A stretch of DNA of 36,927 bases from a virus (Duplodnaviria; Caudoviricetes), in the IMG/VR virus record IMGVR_UViG_3300016476_000336, positions 1-36,927 of that record. One strand, given 5' to 3'. The position numbers and the translations under genes were made by a program. Positions 17,034 through 25,198 of this stretch are shown here, piece after piece (the first letter of the stretch is position 1; the number at the start of each line of letters is the position of its first letter). The notes beneath the pieces were generated by a model, which saw only the letters and a program-made list of their open reading frames with translations, did no database searches and was not told the DNA's origin.

Positions 17034-17298
17034 AGTAAAAGAGGCCTATGACGAATTTGTAGCGTCATTAGGATACGACAATATTGCTGACGTTGCAGAA
17101 GAAATCCTCCGCCTCCGCGCAGAGAACGAGAAGCTACGTGCGGCGTTGAAGCCGATAACAGACATAAAAGCGTTTACCTGTATTTTCGAATGGACGCCGG
17201 TAGAAGCATTGCGCGACGATGAAAAAGTGCATGTGAAGCTAACAGGTGCGCAGATTAAGGCCATGCGCGCAGCCGCCGCATCGAAGGAGACAGAATGA
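17026..17298 (+). CDS. Mosaic small protein 3
   Basis: Same RBS repeat; EILRLRAENEKLRAALKP; ends AAAASKETE. Confidence 0.75.
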   Translation: MSEVKEAYDEFVASLGYDNIADVAEEILRLRAENEKLRAALKPITDIKAFTCIFEWTPVEALRDDEKVHVKLTGAQIKAMRAAAASKETE

Positions 17299-17399
17299 CT
17301 TATGCTGAAATACTAACTGATACGTCACTGTATCTTTTTTTCTACGGCTTCGGCCTTATGTCGGGGATCTTTGTGTCATGGATCGAATTGAGAAAGTAA
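17295..17399 (+). CDS. 34-aa single-pass membrane peptide (not in ORF track)
   Basis: MTYAEILTDTSLYLFFYGFGLMSGIFVSWIELRK; AAGGAG RBS from the fourth repeat A copy; ATGA coupling. Confidence 0.6.
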   Translation: MTYAEILTDTSLYLFFYGFGLMSGIFVSWIELRK

Positions 17400-17974
17400 G
17401 CCGGTATATTCCGGCGGTGTTGCCAACCCGCGGCGCAGGTGGAGAGGCCAGCGACAACGGCAGCACAGTGCGTCACATGCTCTTGTCCATTCCTCGCGTT
17501 AAGTTTTTAGAGGGCGGCGAGACTGAACATTATCACAAGTATAAAGTGCTAGAGAACGAGCCTGTTATTATTAGCCCGTCCTACAGCGACAAATGGTGCG
17601 AGGCCGTCAAAGCCGAACCGCTGACCGAACGTGAGCTGTTGGTAGAGAAGATGGTCAATGACGGCGCGTCGCGTAACGCTATAGCCGACCACCTCCACAT
17701 GGCGCGCGGCGCAATCGCTAACCTGCTGTCACGCATACGCGTGAAGCGCGCATATCAGGCGCTAAAAAGCTGCCTGCTGATCGGCGCGGCGATCTCCGTG
17801 TGGGATGGCCCGAACGGCCCTTATGCGGTCGAGCTGAGCTATCCGAACGAATCATTCTATTACACGCCGCAGGGCATGATCTCTGCACCCAAAGTCGGAA
17901 ACATGACCGTCTACAACGGACCTAATGGAGAGTATCTTGGCTATCATCTGGGTGGACTTCGAGACGCGGAGTGA
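17378..17974 (+). CDS. Protein with a central LuxR-like HTH and an unrelated C-terminal segment
   Basis: PLTERELLV..MV.DGASRNAIADHLHM....IANLLSRIRVK, followed by a GPNG-repeat beta segment. Confidence 0.6.
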   Translation: MDRIEKVSRYIPAVLPTRGAGGEASDNGSTVRHMLLSIPRVKFLEGGETEHYHKYKVLENEPVIISPSYSDKWCEAVKAEPLTERELLVEKMVNDGASRNAIADHLHMARGAIANLLSRIRVKRAYQALKSCLLIGAAISVWDGPNGPYAVELSYPNESFYYTPQGMISAPKVGNMTVYNGPNGEYLGYHLGGLRDAE

Positions 17975-19871
17975 GTGCGATCTGAAGGTGGCGGGCGTAT
18001 ATAACTACGCCCGTCATCCGTCTACGCAGGTCATTTGCATGTCATGGGCGCGCGATGGCGGCGACGTGCAAACTTGGACACCGCAAGAAAAGTTTCCTGA
18101 GAGAATTTTTCGCGCTGGCGAACAAAACATACAGATCCGCGCGCATAACGCCGCGTTTGAACGTCTGATTTTTTGGCATGTGTTAGGGATACACATACCA
18201 CTAGAGCAATTCTATTGCACCGCTACGCAGGCGCGGGCGAACTGTGCGCCAGGGAGCTTAGAAGATGTCGGACGTTTTGCCGGTCTTGACATGCGTAAAG
18301 ATCATCGCGGTGCAGCGCTTGTGCGCGCCTGCTGCGTGCCGCCTTATCGTTACGATCTCATACCCGAACTGATAGAATATTGTGAACAAGATGTGCGAAC
18401 AATGCGCGCCGCCAGTAAAGCCATGCGGGAACTGACGCAGGAGGAACTAGATGACTACCATGTTAACGAGCGCATCAATGATCGTGGCGTTCTTGTTGAC
18501 CGGGATCTATGCCGCGCGGCGGTCAAATACGCGGCTACAGAACTTCAAGAGATCGAAGCTGCGGTTAAAGAAATCACTAACGGTGCGGTCACGACTGTTA
18601 GAAGCCCTACAATGCGATTGTGGGTGCAAGAACGACTCGGCCCTGAAGCCGTCAAACTCATGGAGCGCGACGGTCGCCAGTCCGTTGACAAAACCGTCAG
18701 GGCTAACCTTTTGGCCATAGACAACCCTGAAGAGGTGCCTCCTGATGTCAGAGAAGTCATACAATGCGCGGACGATCTTTGGGCGTCTTCTGTTGCTAAA
18801 TTTGACCGTCTTGCTGGTCTTGCTTGCGATGATGGCCGTGTCCGTGGTGCGTTCGTTTTCGCTGGAGGATCAGCCACAGGCCGCGCCAGCTCCTACGGCG
18901 CTCAAGTCCACAACTTCACACGTAAATGCGCCGATGACCCGGAAGCCGTGCGACATGCAATGGTTCGGGGTCATGCAATCGTGCCTCGTTACGGACGACG
19001 CGTCACGGACGTATTGCGAGGTATGCTTCGGCCTGCCCTGATACCGGCTAAAGGTAAACAGTTCGTCGTCGCTGACTGGTCAGCCATCGAGGGTCGTGTG
19101 AACCCGTGGCTGTCCGGTCGCGGTGAGGATAAGTTACAGGCGTTCCGCGACAAGCTAGACCCCTACATCGTCAACGCTGCCGCTACGTTCCGCGTCAAAT
19201 ACGAAGAGGTCAATAAGTCGCAGCGCCAGGTCGGCAAGGTGCAGGAACTGGCGTGCGGCTTCGGTGGCGGCGTTGGAGCCTTCGCTGCGATGGGCCGCGT
19301 CTATGGGTTGACGCTACCGGAGGATGAGGCACGACGTATGGTTGACGCCTGGCGTCGCGCTAACCCGTGGTCGGTTCCGTTCTGGTCTGATCTTGAGGTT
19401 GCATACACCCGCGCTCTGCGCAATCCCGGTAAAGTATTCGAGGCTGGCAGGATAAAATACTTGGCCGACAAGCAGCACCTTTGGTATGCTCTGCCTTCCG
19501 GCCGCGTGCTTTGCTACCCGAACGCCAAGTTTGAGAAAGATGGTTCGATCTCCTATTCAAAGGCGTCTTGGAAGCCTGCGGCAGATGCTAAAGAGTGGCC
19601 GCGTGGTCGGCTTTGGCGAGGGCTTGCGTGCGAGAACGTCACACAAGCGACCGCCCATGATCTTTTACGTGAGGCTCTGCGCCGTGTTGATAAGTTGGGC
19701 CTTGAGGTCATTTTACATTGTCACGATGAAATTGTGCTGCAATGCGATAAAGAGAAAGCGCTTGACTCAAAAGACAAATTAGAAGAGATTATGTGTACGC
19801 CTCCTGACTGGTGCGATAATTTACCCTTAGAGGTCGAGGCGTCAATTATGGATCGGTACGGAAAGGGTTAG
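17925..19871 (+). CDS. DNA polymerase family A with 3'-5' exonuclease
   Basis: Exo motifs DFETRS, AHNAAFER, YCEQDV; motif A VADWSAIEGR; motif B RQVGKVQELACGFGG; motif C HCHDEIV. Confidence 0.95.
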   Translation: MESILAIIWVDFETRSECDLKVAGVYNYARHPSTQVICMSWARDGGDVQTWTPQEKFPERIFRAGEQNIQIRAHNAAFERLIFWHVLGIHIPLEQFYCTATQARANCAPGSLEDVGRFAGLDMRKDHRGAALVRACCVPPYRYDLIPELIEYCEQDVRTMRAASKAMRELTQEELDDYHVNERINDRGVLVDRDLCRAAVKYAATELQEIEAAVKEITNGAVTTVRSPTMRLWVQERLGPEAVKLMERDGRQSVDKTVRANLLAIDNPEEVPPDVREVIQCADDLWASSVAKFDRLAGLACDDGRVRGAFVFAGGSATGRASSYGAQVHNFTRKCADDPEAVRHAMVRGHAIVPRYGRRVTDVLRGMLRPALIPAKGKQFVVADWSAIEGRVNPWLSGRGEDKLQAFRDKLDPYIVNAAATFRVKYEEVNKSQRQVGKVQELACGFGGGVGAFAAMGRVYGLTLPEDEARRMVDAWRRANPWSVPFWSDLEVAYTRALRNPGKVFEAGRIKYLADKQHLWYALPSGRVLCYPNAKFEKDGSISYSKASWKPAADAKEWPRGRLWRGLACENVTQATAHDLLREALRRVDKLGLEVILHCHDEIVLQCDKEKALDSKDKLEEIMCTPPDWCDNLPLEVEASIMDRYGKG

Positions 19872-19873
19872 CC

Positions 19874-20368
19874 GTGGTTACGCATGAACGGCTTGTGGAA
19901 TTATTTATCTACCTTAGAAGATCCGGCGATTTTATTCGTCGGATTTCTACGGGAAGAAATGGGTGCCACAAAGCAGGAGAATATGCCGGTACAATTCAAA
20001 ATCATGGCTATCTTGTCATATCCATTGATAAACGTCGGTATATGGCTCATCGGTTAGCGTGGTTTTATGTGAATGGAACTTGGCCCAAAGGAGACTTAGA
20101 TCACATTAACGGCAACAAATTAGATAACCGTATATCTAATCTGCGTGAGGCAACACGTAAACAAAATATGCAAAATGTGCGTCGGCACAAACACAATACA
20201 AGCGGGCATAAAGGCGTCGCTTGGCATCCACAGCGTAATAAATGGCGCGCGTATATATTCGATAGCTATCGGCAAATCCATCTTGGTTTGTTTGACTTTA
20301 AAGAAGCGGCATTTGCAGCGCGGTTAAAAGCCGAAAAACAATACCATAGCCATAGGGTGGAATCATGA
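19874..20368 (+). CDS. HNH homing endonuclease with AP2-like C-terminus
   Basis: YMAHRLAW...DHINGNKLDNRISNLR...NTSGHKGV.W...KWRAYI...HLGLF. Confidence 0.9.
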   Translation: MVTHERLVELFIYLRRSGDFIRRISTGRNGCHKAGEYAGTIQNHGYLVISIDKRRYMAHRLAWFYVNGTWPKGDLDHINGNKLDNRISNLREATRKQNMQNVRRHKHNTSGHKGVAWHPQRNKWRAYIFDSYRQIHLGLFDFKEAAFAARLKAEKQYHSHRVES

Positions 20369-22653
20369 ATTTGCGCGACTATTTTGTCGGATTAGCCCCG
20401 AAAGGTGAAACGGCGCTTATCGTTCGTCAGAAAGCAACAGGCGGGTTTCATTTAGACGGGTCATCAAAATATACTTGGCCCGCTTATATGCCGTCCTATC
20501 GCGGCAAAGAAGGCGACTCACTTTTTTTGAATACAGGCTCTTTTATTCTTGATCGTATGCCGGGCAAGCCGTCCGCCAGCGTCGCCAACTGCACGCACGT
20601 CCTGTTTATGATGCTGGACGATATTGGCACAAAGTCGAAGACGCCACCGCTTACGCCGACCGCTATCGTCGAGACAAGCCCCGGTAATTTTCAATGGTGG
20701 TATGCCTACAGCGATCAACCGACCGTCGAGGAACATTGTGCGGCGCTGACGGCGATTGCAGCCGCCGGATACACTGATCCTGGCGCGACTAACGCGGTGC
20801 GTAACTGCCGTCTTCCGGGTTCCGTAAACCAGAAGCCGGGACGCGAAAGTTTTGTTTGCCGTGAGGTGGAGTTCCACCCCGAACGCGAATACACGCTCGC
20901 GGAGATTTGCGCGGCGCTTGAGGTTACGCCTGCTGAAGCCGGCACCGCACGCGGTATTACGTTTCGCGTAAAAGACACCGGCAACGACACGGTGCTGGCA
21001 TGGCTGAACGAGCAGGGGCTTGTGTTATCCGGCACGAACGCCGAAGGTTGGTGCGGCGTTGTATGCCCTAATCATGAGGCGCACACCGATGGGCAGATTG
21101 AATCACGGTATAAGCCGCAGGATCGGTCGTGGTGTTGTTATCATGGCCATTGCGATGGGCTGGACAGTAAGTTTTTTTGCGATTGGGTCGCGGATCAGGG
21201 CGGCCCTCGAACCCTCCCCGGTCTGCGTGACGATCTTATCGCCGACTACACCAATCGCATTAACAAACTGACGCCGACTGAGGCGTTTCCCGACGAAGGT
21301 GCAGCTAGGGTTGCGGAGGTGGAGCGCAAGCAGGCGGGGCGCGAGGAACGCGAAGGCTGGCACGGTCGCTTCGCCTATATCATGGACGACGACGCCTATT
21401 TCGACAAAGAGACGTGCAGCGAGGTTAGCCGTCGCGCGTTCAATGCGATCTTCAAGCATATTACCTGCACGTCGATCACGGCTGGCGGCAAGCCGTCGAA
21501 GGTCGAGGCGTCACACTGGTTTGACGAACACCGCGAGGCGATGGGCGGCTACGCCCTGAAGGGTCTGACCTACGCCGCCGGCGAGGACTGGATGGTTCAC
21601 AAGGATGGGCTGGTCTATGGCAATGTCTGGCGTGACGCTAGGCCGAAGGTCGCGCGCGGCGGCGATCCGACGCCGTGGCTAGAGCATTGCCGGCGGTTGG
21701 TGCCGGACGAACGCGAGCTTAACCATATATGGGACGTAATGGCGTTTAAGGTTCAAAACGCTAACGTCAAGATCAATCACGCGATCCTGCACGGCGGCAA
21801 AGGCGGCTGCGGTAAGGATACGATGTGGGCTCCCTTTATCTGGGCGGTCTGCGGCCCGCATGAAAAGAACAAAGGTTTGATCGACAATGACAATCTCGCA
21901 AGCCAATGGGGCTATCAGCTAGAGGCTGAGATCGTCGTTCTTAACGAGCTGAAAGAACCGGAAGCAAAAGACCGCCGGGCGCTGGCGAACAAGTTAAAGC
22001 CGATCATCGCCGCGCCGCCGGAGATGCTGACGATCAACCGGAAGGGTCTGCACCCCTACCAGATGGTCAATCGCCTTTTCATGTTGGCGTTCACCAACGA
22101 GGACATGCCGATCACGCTGGACAGCGACGACCGCCGTTGGTTCTGCGTCTGGTCGGACAGCGCCAAGATGACGATGGCCGAAGCGCAGGCGATTTGGGGC
22201 TGGTATAAAAACGGCGGGTTTGAGGCCGTCGCGGGTTGGCTGCACGCTCGGGACGTGTCGGCGTTCGGCCCCCAGGCGATCCCGATGATGACCGACTACA
22301 AGCAGAAGCTGATCTATGTCGGCATGAGCAACGCGGAGAGCTTTATCCATCACATGATTGAGAAGCGCGAAGCGCCGTTCAACGTCGATGTTATTTCTGG
22401 GCCATGGCATGAGACTATCAAACAAATCTCACAGGTCGCGCCCGATAACTTGCGTATGCGGATTGTGCAGCCGGCGCTGTTCCATGCGTTGAAAGAGGCG
22501 GGATGGGTTGATAAGGGGCTCTGCATGTCCCCGAAATACACGTCGAAGCGGCACATATTCGTGCAGGCAGAGATGGCGCACCTGACCAAAGCGCAGCTTC
22601 GCAACGCGGTCGAGCCGGAGGCGCGCGATAATGTCGTCCAACTTAAAAATTGA
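20365..22653 (+). CDS. Primase-helicase (RepB-like AEP primase, Zn finger, DUF5906/SF3-like NTPase)
   Basis: MLDDIG...ETSPGNFQWWY...RLPGS; CPNHEAH...CYHGHC; GGKGGCGKDT Walker A; DDRRW. Confidence 0.88.
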   Translation: MNLRDYFVGLAPKGETALIVRQKATGGFHLDGSSKYTWPAYMPSYRGKEGDSLFLNTGSFILDRMPGKPSASVANCTHVLFMMLDDIGTKSKTPPLTPTAIVETSPGNFQWWYAYSDQPTVEEHCAALTAIAAAGYTDPGATNAVRNCRLPGSVNQKPGRESFVCREVEFHPEREYTLAEICAALEVTPAEAGTARGITFRVKDTGNDTVLAWLNEQGLVLSGTNAEGWCGVVCPNHEAHTDGQIESRYKPQDRSWCCYHGHCDGLDSKFFCDWVADQGGPRTLPGLRDDLIADYTNRINKLTPTEAFPDEGAARVAEVERKQAGREEREGWHGRFAYIMDDDAYFDKETCSEVSRRAFNAIFKHITCTSITAGGKPSKVEASHWFDEHREAMGGYALKGLTYAAGEDWMVHKDGLVYGNVWRDARPKVARGGDPTPWLEHCRRLVPDERELNHIWDVMAFKVQNANVKINHAILHGGKGGCGKDTMWAPFIWAVCGPHEKNKGLIDNDNLASQWGYQLEAEIVVLNELKEPEAKDRRALANKLKPIIAAPPEMLTINRKGLHPYQMVNRLFMLAFTNEDMPITLDSDDRRWFCVWSDSAKMTMAEAQAIWGWYKNGGFEAVAGWLHARDVSAFGPQAIPMMTDYKQKLIYVGMSNAESFIHHMIEKREAPFNVDVISGPWHETIKQISQVAPDNLRMRIVQPALFHALKEAGWVDKGLCMSPKYTSKRHIFVQAEMAHLTKAQLRNAVEPEARDNVVQLKN

Positions 22654-22837
22654 CGCCTATCCGGTCTTTATGAGCGTGCTGGCGAATTTGACAACATCAG
22701 TCGAACTTTACCTTGACTGGGCGGCGACTCCGGGGGACGATGAGTGTCCGCCGGAGATCGTCGATAGGCTGTGCCACGCCCAAGAGACGGCTCGGGAGCT
22801 GTTGGAGGGCCTGGGCTATGGTCAGGACTTTAATTGA
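22631..22837 (+). CDS. Hypothetical protein
   Basis: 68-aa ORF overlapping the primase 3' end; GGAGG upstream. Confidence 0.5.
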   Translation: MSSNLKIDAYPVFMSVLANLTTSVELYLDWAATPGDDECPPEIVDRLCHAQETARELLEGLGYGQDFN

Positions 22838-23067
22838 TCTTCTGATTTGTTGCGGTGCATGGCTGCTAGAATACGGATGCGCCGGTTTTCATCCTGCACC
22901 TCGTCTAGCGCCCATTCGAGCGCGTTGCGCAGGCGGGTGCTTTCATCGACAGCCGCCGCAATAGTCCATTGCGCCCGTTGCCTGGCTTCCTGATAGCCTT
23001 TCAGGTATGATTCGGAGACTTCTTGTTGCAGCGCCTTTAGGCGTCGCTCAAATTCTGATTCAGTCAT
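22822..23067 (-). CDS. Hypothetical coiled-coil protein
   Basis: 81-aa helical ORF; last gene of the leftward block. Confidence 0.55.
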   Translation of the reverse strand: MTESEFERRLKALQQEVSESYLKGYQEARQRAQWTIAAAVDESTRLRNALEWALDEVQDENRRIRILAAMHRNKSEDQLKS

Positions 23068-23078
23068 GTCAGCCCCGC

Positions 23079-23106
23079 AAAAAAGAAGCCGGCTTGCGCC
23101 GGCCTC
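23079..23106 (-). terminator. Intrinsic terminator on the minus strand
   Basis: Minus strand reads GAGGCCGGC-GCAA-GCCGGCTTC-TTTTTT. Confidence 0.8.
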
Positions 23107-23126
23107 AGTTCACCATTGGGAGGAAA

Positions 23127-23336
23127 CTAGCCAGTGTGGCACGTTCCGTCCCCGAAGTAAAATAAATCCAGCCGCCGGACGATCTCTTGCTCCGTGTAGA
23201 CGGGATGCTCTTGCGACGTGGGCTCTAGTCGCCGCCAGAACGCCCATAGGGGCGGGTTTATGACGTAGCATGGGGCGTCGCGCGGCCAGTCGGGCACGAC
23301 GGCCCCATATTCTTCGAATTGCTCTTCAAATGTCAT
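23127..23336 (-). CDS. Hypothetical protein
   Basis: 69 aa; ATGA-coupled to the HNH gene. Confidence 0.6.
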   Translation of the reverse strand: MTFEEQFEEYGAVVPDWPRDAPCYVINPPLWAFWRRLEPTSQEHPVYTEQEIVRRLDLFYFGDGTCHTG

Positions 23337-23806
23337 TTTGTTTCGCCCTTCAATCGCGCGGCTTTAGCCTCGTCTATTGTGTGGTAGTAGCCAAGATATT
23401 TTAACACGCCATTTATTCTGATTTTGGCTTGCCAGCGTTTTTTGCGCCGGTCGCCGTGATAGGTAATCCCCGGAACGCCGTATTTATTATCGCGGCGTAG
23501 CGGCATGTTTTGGCAATTTTCAACGTGAGTCGCCAATCGCAAATTGGCTATTCTGTTGTCTGTTTTATTGCGGTTTATGTGGTCTATTTCATCAGGTGGC
23601 CAAACCTCATGAACATAGAACCAAGCAAGCCTATGTGCGCGGTATGCTTTGCAGTCGGCGCATATTTTCAGATAGCCTTTTTCGGTTAACGTGCCGGCAA
23701 TTTTGCCGACACGCTGAAATCGTCCTTTACCGTTTACGCGCCATGTAAATTGGCCCGTTTGCGGATCATACTGTATGATCTGTTTTAGTCGTTCATGTTC
23801 TATCAT
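23333..23806 (-). CDS. HNH homing endonuclease with AP2-like C-terminus
   Basis: YDPQTGQFTW...YRAHRLAW...IDHINRNKTDNRIANLR...WQAKI...YLGYY. Confidence 0.9.
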   Translation of the reverse strand: MIEHERLKQIIQYDPQTGQFTWRVNGKGRFQRVGKIAGTLTEKGYLKICADCKAYRAHRLAWFYVHEVWPPDEIDHINRNKTDNRIANLRLATHVENCQNMPLRRDNKYGVPGITYHGDRRKKRWQAKIRINGVLKYLGYYHTIDEAKAARLKGETK

Positions 23807-23815
23807 TGTTATATC

Positions 23816-23866
23816 TTACTTCAGGCCAAGAAGTATTTCAATAACAACCGCCAGTAAGATTGCCAT
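23816..23866 (-). CDS. 16-aa hydrophobic micro-peptide (not in ORF track)
   Basis: MAILLAVVIEILLGLK; AGGTG RBS; fills the gap between two genes. Confidence 0.4.
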   Translation of the reverse strand: MAILLAVVIEILLGLK

Positions 23867-23870
23867 CACT

Positions 23871-24128
23871 TCACCTATTTTCATAGCGGGCCACCCCATA
23901 CATCACGGTGCTATGGTTGCGCCCGCCTAACACGGCCCCGATTAGTTCATAGCTGGCCCCGATCTCGTGTCGTGCGCGCCACATGATCTCAAACCGCGCC
24001 CATGCGACGCCTGCCCGGCGGCAGTGGCCGATAAGATATTCTGTTGAGACGTTATGTTTGAGCGCCGTCTCCCACAGGATCTCTCGTATCTGCGCCGCCT
24101 GGTGCTTTTGTTCCGGTGTTAGTATCAT
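23871..24128 (-). CDS. DnaA C-terminal (domain IV)-like HTH protein
   Basis: NVSTEYLIG..RR.....AR...MW.AR...GASY..IG..LGGRNHSTVMYG matches the DnaA DNA-binding signature. Confidence 0.8.
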   Translation of the reverse strand: MILTPEQKHQAAQIREILWETALKHNVSTEYLIGHCRRAGVAWARFEIMWRARHEIGASYELIGAVLGGRNHSTVMYGVARYENR

Positions 24129-24318
24129 TGTGTGACCTCAACATAAAATTAAGTGCATGGGCGGCGGTCGATAGCGCGCGCTCGTCGGCCGTAGGGGCGT
24201 GGATCCGCATGATAAGGGATCCGTCTCGCCTGTGCAGCGACAGGTAACAGTCGCCGCCCTTTTTGCGCCAGTGGGCGCGGACGCCCCCCGGCTGCGTGTC
24301 TAGGTCAATCTTTAGCAT
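24052..24318 (-). CDS. Hypothetical protein
   Basis: ORF 24052..24354; likely start MLKIDLD at 24318, overlapping the upstream gene's end. Confidence 0.5.
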   Translation of the reverse strand: MLKIDLDTQPGGVRAHWRKKGGDCYLSLHRRDGSLIMRIHAPTADERALSTAAHALNFMLRSHNDTNTGTKAPGGADTRDPVGDGAQT

Positions 24319-24457
24319 GACCGCGCGCCTTGAGTTCATTGAGGATAATGTCACGCCGAAAACCGTTTTCTTCCGTTTCTAGCAGCATTTCCAGCGCCTC
24401 GACGGACAGCCAATGTAAGAGCTGGCTGAACTCAAAATAATCTTTCATGCGTGACAT
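24305..24457 (-). CDS. 50-aa hypothetical protein (not in ORF track)
   Basis: MSRMKDYFEFSQLLHWLSVEALEMLLETEENGFRRDIILNELKARGHAKD; TAATG coupling. Confidence 0.55.
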   Translation of the reverse strand: MSRMKDYFEFSQLLHWLSVEALEMLLETEENGFRRDIILNELKARGHAKD

Positions 24458-24555
24458 TATAGACCCCCCAGAATGTAGGTTAGGAACAGGGCGAGCGCTG
24501 GTATCGCCAGCGCCGCCCCTATGGCGAATGCGATCAAATCAGCCTTCGTGATCAT
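24457..24555 (-). CDS. 32-aa single-pass membrane peptide (not in ORF track)
   Basis: MITKADLIAFAIGAALAIPALALFLTYILGGL; overlaps both neighbours. Confidence 0.55.
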   Translation of the reverse strand: MITKADLIAFAIGAALAIPALALFLTYILGGL

Positions 24556-24808
24556 CTATACAGGCCTGTATGACGTGATCGGACCATTGAAGGTAGGATT
24601 CTATTGCTTCATATAGCGGATGATTCTTAGGCATAGGCTCTGGCCCTACCGTAATGCTTTCGACCTCTATGTCGTACGGGCCGCCCCTATACCCCACGTC
24701 GGGATCTGGCCCCTCCCATGAGTAGGTTATGACCGCGCTGCCATAGGCATAGACGGCATAGTTTTCGTACATGGGAAGCTCGTCAAAATCATAGGTGAAG
24801 TGCGCCAT
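24539..24808 (-). CDS. Acidic hypothetical early protein
   Basis: GGAG RBS; D/E/Y-rich; PDPDVGY motif. Confidence 0.65.
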   Translation of the reverse strand: MAHFTYDFDELPMYENYAVYAYGSAVITYSWEGPDPDVGYRGGPYDIEVESITVGPEPMPKNHPLYEAIESYLQWSDHVIQACIDDHEG

Positions 24809-24809
24809 T

Positions 24810-24968
24810 TTAATAACTCCAGATTTGAGTCCAATATTCTTCAGCCGCGTCCGTGTGGGCGTCGAGCAGGGCTTTATAGGTCACGTCGAGCAGCGGTGAC
24901 CGCTCGACTGATTTGAGATGATCGAGCAGCGCCTCTAGCTGGTCGATCTCGATCTGTAGGTCGATCAT
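24810..24968 (-). CDS. Hypothetical early protein
   Basis: ORF 24810..25016; likely start MIDLQ at 24968 behind a GAGG RBS. Confidence 0.55.
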   Translation of the reverse strand: MIDLQIEIDQLEALLDHLKSVERSPLLDVTYKALLDAHTDAAEEYWTQIWSY

Positions 24969-24979
24969 TGCTCGCCTCT

Positions 24980-25198
24980 TTAATGGTGATAGGGGTCGTT
25001 TCGCATAGCGTGCCAATTAGGCAGCAAGCGCCTGGCGCGTTTTAATAGCGCCTTATCCCATGCGGGTTTTCGTGGCGCGCCGGGGCGTCCAATAGGACGC
25101 AATTCACCATTTACTTGCACCATATGCCATGCGGTCAAATGGCCGGCCTGTATGACGCCCGGCAAGCGCCAAAAATATTCCATTTGTTCTTTTGTCAT
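24980..25198 (-). CDS. Hypothetical early protein
   Basis: ORF 24980..25276; likely start MTKEQ at 25198 by TAATG coupling. Confidence 0.5.
   Translation of the reverse strand: MTKEQMEYFWRLPGVIQAGHLTAWHMVQVNGELRPIGRPGAPRKPAWDKALLKRARRLLPNWHAMRNDPYHH

Larger units (their letters stand above)
16381..17298 (+). repeat. Two interleaved direct-repeat families bounding three mosaic genes
   Basis: Repeat A, GCCGCATTGAAGGAGACGGGGGATGAGT: exact at 16381, 16616 and 17004, degenerate at 17275. Repeat B, CCGCGCAGAGAACGAGAAGCTACGTGCGGCG: at 16471, 16772 and 17115, partial at ~16889. Confidence 0.92.

Noticed and set aside
16381-17298. CRISPR array interpretation of the 28-bp repeats
   Set aside because: Spacing is irregular and long (235-388 bp), the repeats contain SD/start/stop signals, the intervening DNA is coding, and there is no cas operon.
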